Shown piece after piece: positions 62,991 through 64,000 of a stretch of 64,000 nucleotides of DNA (position 1 is the first letter of the stretch; each line of letters starts with the position of its first letter). The stretch is taken from positions 40,610,001 through 40,674,000 of the forward strand of contig NC_043002.1 of NCBI RefSeq assembly GCF_006345805.1, read 5' to 3'. The notes beneath the pieces are model-generated. The model was not told the origin of the DNA and ran no database searches. It saw nothing but the letters and a program-made list of their open reading frames with translations. This stretch comes from Octopus sinensis (lineage: Eukaryota). The translations under genes and the position numbers were made by a program.

Positions 62991-64000
62991 ACAGTCAAGC
63001 ATAATATTAGAATATATTTTGTTTTGCTTTCTGCAGAACATTTATAACCAGTCCCCCCCTCTCTCTCATATACACATGCATACATGTTCAGATGTTTCAG
63101 AGCAAGCATTTCTTAAGATACTTTTCAAACATTGTAGAAAGTATCTACCTAGAGAATACAATAAAATGTTCTCAAAAGAACTACATGATTTTCAAATTAA
63201 AATACTGAACTTTTATGTTAATCTTACAAAGCAAATATTACAACGATTTCTTTTGCATGAAATATTTGATAACTTGAACTTAGTAAAATTTTTCAACTCA
63301 GAAATTGTCATTCATGAAACATCACAGTCTATTACATTATTTGCAATAAAATTTCTGCACATAATATCAGAACTGCATTTTGAGTAGATCAATAAGAAGT
63401 GGAAAGATTTAACATTACAAAAAAGCACCATCAATACCAGTGACATAGCTAGAGTTTACGCAGCCCAGGGTAGCCTTTGAATTTGCCAAAGTCCCCAGGC
63501 CTCCAAGCCTATAACAGCATATACGGCAGCACAGCAGACTCAAAGACATTGTTCCCACAAAAGTGTCACTCAGGACAAACTGCACCTCCTTGCTTTACTA
63601 GCTACACTACCAGCCAGTATTAGAAGAATAATCTACAAAATTTTTGTCATAGTACTTCTCATGAAGGGTGCAGGAATGCACTCAACATTACACTCAGCAG
63701 TTCAATTTGTTTTAATCTTTTAGCATTCAGATTACTCTCTCAAATGTAATGCTTTTTTATTTAAATTGTTTTGAATTAATCATGCATTATCATATAGCTT
63801 TGAAGTTTTTGATGATGTGATTATTATGCTTTTACTTGCTTCAGTCATTTGATGGCAGTCTTGCTGGAGCACTGCCTTAAAGAGATCTTTAGTCAAAGAA
63901 ATCGACCACAGGTCTTATTCTTTGTAAACCTAGTACTTATTCCATCAGTCTCTTTTTGCCAAACTGCTAAGTTACAGGGATGTAAACACACTAACATTGG

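Overview
This is AT-rich, microsatellite-dense eukaryotic (metazoan) DNA. Its SINE/LINE repertoire looks like an octopus or other coleoid genome, which is an inference. The whole window appears to lie inside one minus-strand gene, a copine (CPNE5/8/9-like). Three tiny GT-AG exons (57142-57182, 41643-41689, 27350-27453; 41+47+104 nt) splice in frame to [63 protein letters not shown], the start of the C2A domain; the ORF track misses all three. The introns hold many decayed mobile elements: three tRNA-headed SINE families with swappable tails, and RTE, CR1/Jockey-group and R4/Dong-type LINE fragments. There is also a Naiad-like Penelope element, mariner remnants, TTAA-, hAT-, Helitron- and Helentron-type non-autonomous elements, and simple repeats. 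The most notable signals are three different type-I hammerhead ribozyme motifs (two on the copine sense strand, each with damaging-looking changes), an RTE LINE with a C4HC3 PHD finger inside its RT region, and head-to-tail SINE trains at (AAT)n tracts. Most short ORFs in the track are translations of repeats. Repeat boundaries are approximate unless a TSD or TIR is quoted. I see no convincing wholly new multi-gene system.
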